From: a virus
Direction: 5' to 3' (one strand)
Length of the DNA stretch: 64,000 bases
IMG/VR virus record: IMGVR_UViG_3300035126_000842
Location: 1 to 64,000 of that record
Both the position numbers and the translations under genes were made by a program. Shown here piece after piece: positions 62,422 through 64,000 of this stretch. The notes beneath the pieces are model-generated. The model saw only the letters and a list, made by a program, of their open reading frames with translations, did not search any database and was not told the origin of the DNA. Every line of letters begins with the position of its first letter. Positions within the stretch are counted from its first letter, which is position 1.

Positions 62422-64000
62422 TTAAGATTTAGGGTTATTAGGAGTACATGGTTTGTTAAATATAGCCTTAGCATCAACTTCAGGTAAGTTGTCCATATCT
62501 TTACCAGACCCAGACGGTGTATCAATTTTTTCTCCTTCACCTGCAGATTCTTGTTTAAATGATAAGATCTTATTTTTGTTCTTAGAAACAGAATCTACAA
62601 AACTAGATATTGATTGTGATTTAAGCTGAGGCTCTGCACCTATTGCAGAAAATACAAAGTAATTTAAATTATCACCAACAATTTTTTCAAGTACAATAAA
62701 GTTTGTTAAAGGATTATTTAAATCAGTAATCGATACTGTTCCTAAACTAACATTAGCTAAGGTATTTATTACTTTTCGCAGAAACTGATTTTTATCCGAA
62801 ACAGTAGTCCTTTCAGAATTGTAAAAACTTTCAAAGTAATTAAAAAGCTCGGTTGCTTTTGTATCAAGGTTATCTCTTAAGCTACTAAATTCTGAATAAA
62901 AAGGAGATTCTTTAGTTAATATTTTACTGAAAAGCTCAATGATTTCGTTTGAATTTAAACTACTAACATTAACACCACTTAATTCAGTTATAAGATTGGT
63001 TAGCAAAGATTCATCAAAAATAATTCTATTAAAGAGATTCATTTTTAATCTGTAAAAAGCAGCTTCTGCTTCTACTACATCAGCACCTTTAAGTAAAACA
63101 TCGCTAAAAGTTTGTCCTTCAGTTAATACTATGACTTTTTTATCAAATTCATTTTCAGCTGCTATATACTTAGCAACATCAGTCTCACCTGTTAAAATTC
63201 TATTACGTAATATATCACTACGTTGTTCACTTAAAACTGCAATATCAGCGTCTTTAATAAATCTTTTACTGCCTGTTACGTAAATTTTATTTGTATTTTT
63301 TTCATTTTTTCCTTGATTTATTTGATTTAAAACAGGATTGTACACTAAACTATCTAGATTTTCATAACCTACTTTTTTATTAAAAGCATTGATTATAGCA
63401 AATATATTTTCATTTGTAAACTCCAAATCACCCGCAAAATTTTTTGTTTTATTTATTTCAGCAAGTCTGTTTAGCAATAAATCATCTACATCTATAAGAG
63501 TGTATTTTCTTTCACTTTCAGGACGACTATTGTATTCTTGTACTAACCGTGTTTTTCCTATACCAGGAGTACCGTATATAAGTTTACCTACAAAAAACTC
63601 AAGGAAATCTTCTGTGGGTTTTATTATATTGTCTAATAAGTTTTTGTTTTTATCAAAAACAGATTTACTTATACCAAACCTAGCAACAAACATTTCTTTT
63701 TGCTCAGGAGATGTTGCTGTTTTGTATAAAGAAACCGCCTGTCTATTATCTTCATTAAGAAGTGTATTGTACCAATACTCAAATAAACCTGGGTTTGCAT
63801 TAAAGAAATTATTAGAAAGCGTTGTTATCTCAGAAGGTTTACTTACAGAACCTTTTGTGTTGTTAAATACAAATACAGGAATTCCATTCACAGAAGTTAC
63901 TGTTACAGAACCAACCTGTTTATTGTCTTTGTATATAGGATAAGTAGTATCAAGTTTTATAGATGACACATTTCCTATACTAGACGTATTAGTTTGTGTA
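62422..64000 (-). CDS. large ejection-operon protein with P-loop domain (5'-truncated by window edge)
   Basis: LIYGTPGIGKT...LIDVDD; the frame stays open from the GTG at 63969 to the window end. Confidence 0.7.
   Translation of the reverse strand, partial: TQTNTSSIGNVSSIKLDTTYPIYKDNKQVGSVTVTSVNGIPVFVFNNTKGSVSKPSEITTLSNNFFNANPGLFEYWYNTLLNEDNRQAVSLYKTATSPEQKEMFVARFGISKSVFDKNKNLLDNIIKPTEDFLEFFVGKLIYGTPGIGKTRLVQEYNSRPESERKYTLIDVDDLLLNRLAEINKTKNFAGDLEFTNENIFAIINAFNKKVGYENLDSLVYNPVLNQINQGKNEKNTNKIYVTGSKRFIKDADIAVLSEQRSDILRNRILTGETDVAKYIAAENEFDKKVIVLTEGQTFSDVLLKGADVVEAEAAFYRLKMNLFNRIIFDESLLTNLITELSGVNVSSLNSNEIIELFSKILTKESPFYSEFSSLRDNLDTKATELFNYFESFYNSERTTVSDKNQFLRKVINTLANVSLGTVSITDLNNPLTNFIVLEKIVGDNLNYFVFSAIGAEPQLKSQSISSFVDSVSKNKNKILSFKQESAGEGEKIDTPSGSGKDMDNLPEVDAKAIFNKPCTPNNPKS

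Noticed and set aside
43318-63943. Numerous plus-strand ORFs inside the giant minus-strand genes
   Set aside because: They are antisense shadows with S/L/F-rich composition and no motifs.
1-64000. Stop-codon reassignment as seen in some crAss-like phages
   Set aside because: RNAP, PolB, helicases and other long genes are uninterrupted in the standard code, and TAA, TAG and TGA all end genes.

Overview
This is a 64-kb piece of an AT-rich, crAss-like (Crassvirales-type) dsDNA phage, probably infecting Bacteroidota. It uses the standard genetic code. The plus strand (1-42122) carries a hypervariable early region of small genes, followed by nucleotide-metabolism and replication genes (GuaC-like reductase, SplB-like radical SAM, ThyX, SF2 helicase, UNG, DnaB, AAA annealing ATPase, SSB, primase, RuvC-like resolvase, vWA/MoxR pair, PD-(D/E)XK exonuclease, PolB, dCTP deaminase, MazG, nucleotidyltransferase). 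The minus strand (42166 to the window end) carries the virion-ejected protein operon, including a 3741-aa DFDxD-type virion RNA polymerase. Three observations stand out. (1) The six ejection-operon proteins total about 7,030 aa and contain only 10 cysteines, all within 8 residues of a terminus and arranged head-to-tail in gene order, suggesting a linked cargo chain into which small GNAT and ADP-ribosyltransferase effectors are slotted. (2) A 2.5-kb integron-like gene-cassette array with attC-like hairpins is bracketed by a perfect 34-bp direct repeat. (3) Three tRNA-shaped elements share one acceptor stem but have oversized, unrelated inserts in place of the anticodon loop. All family assignments come from motif recognition by eye; no database search was run.
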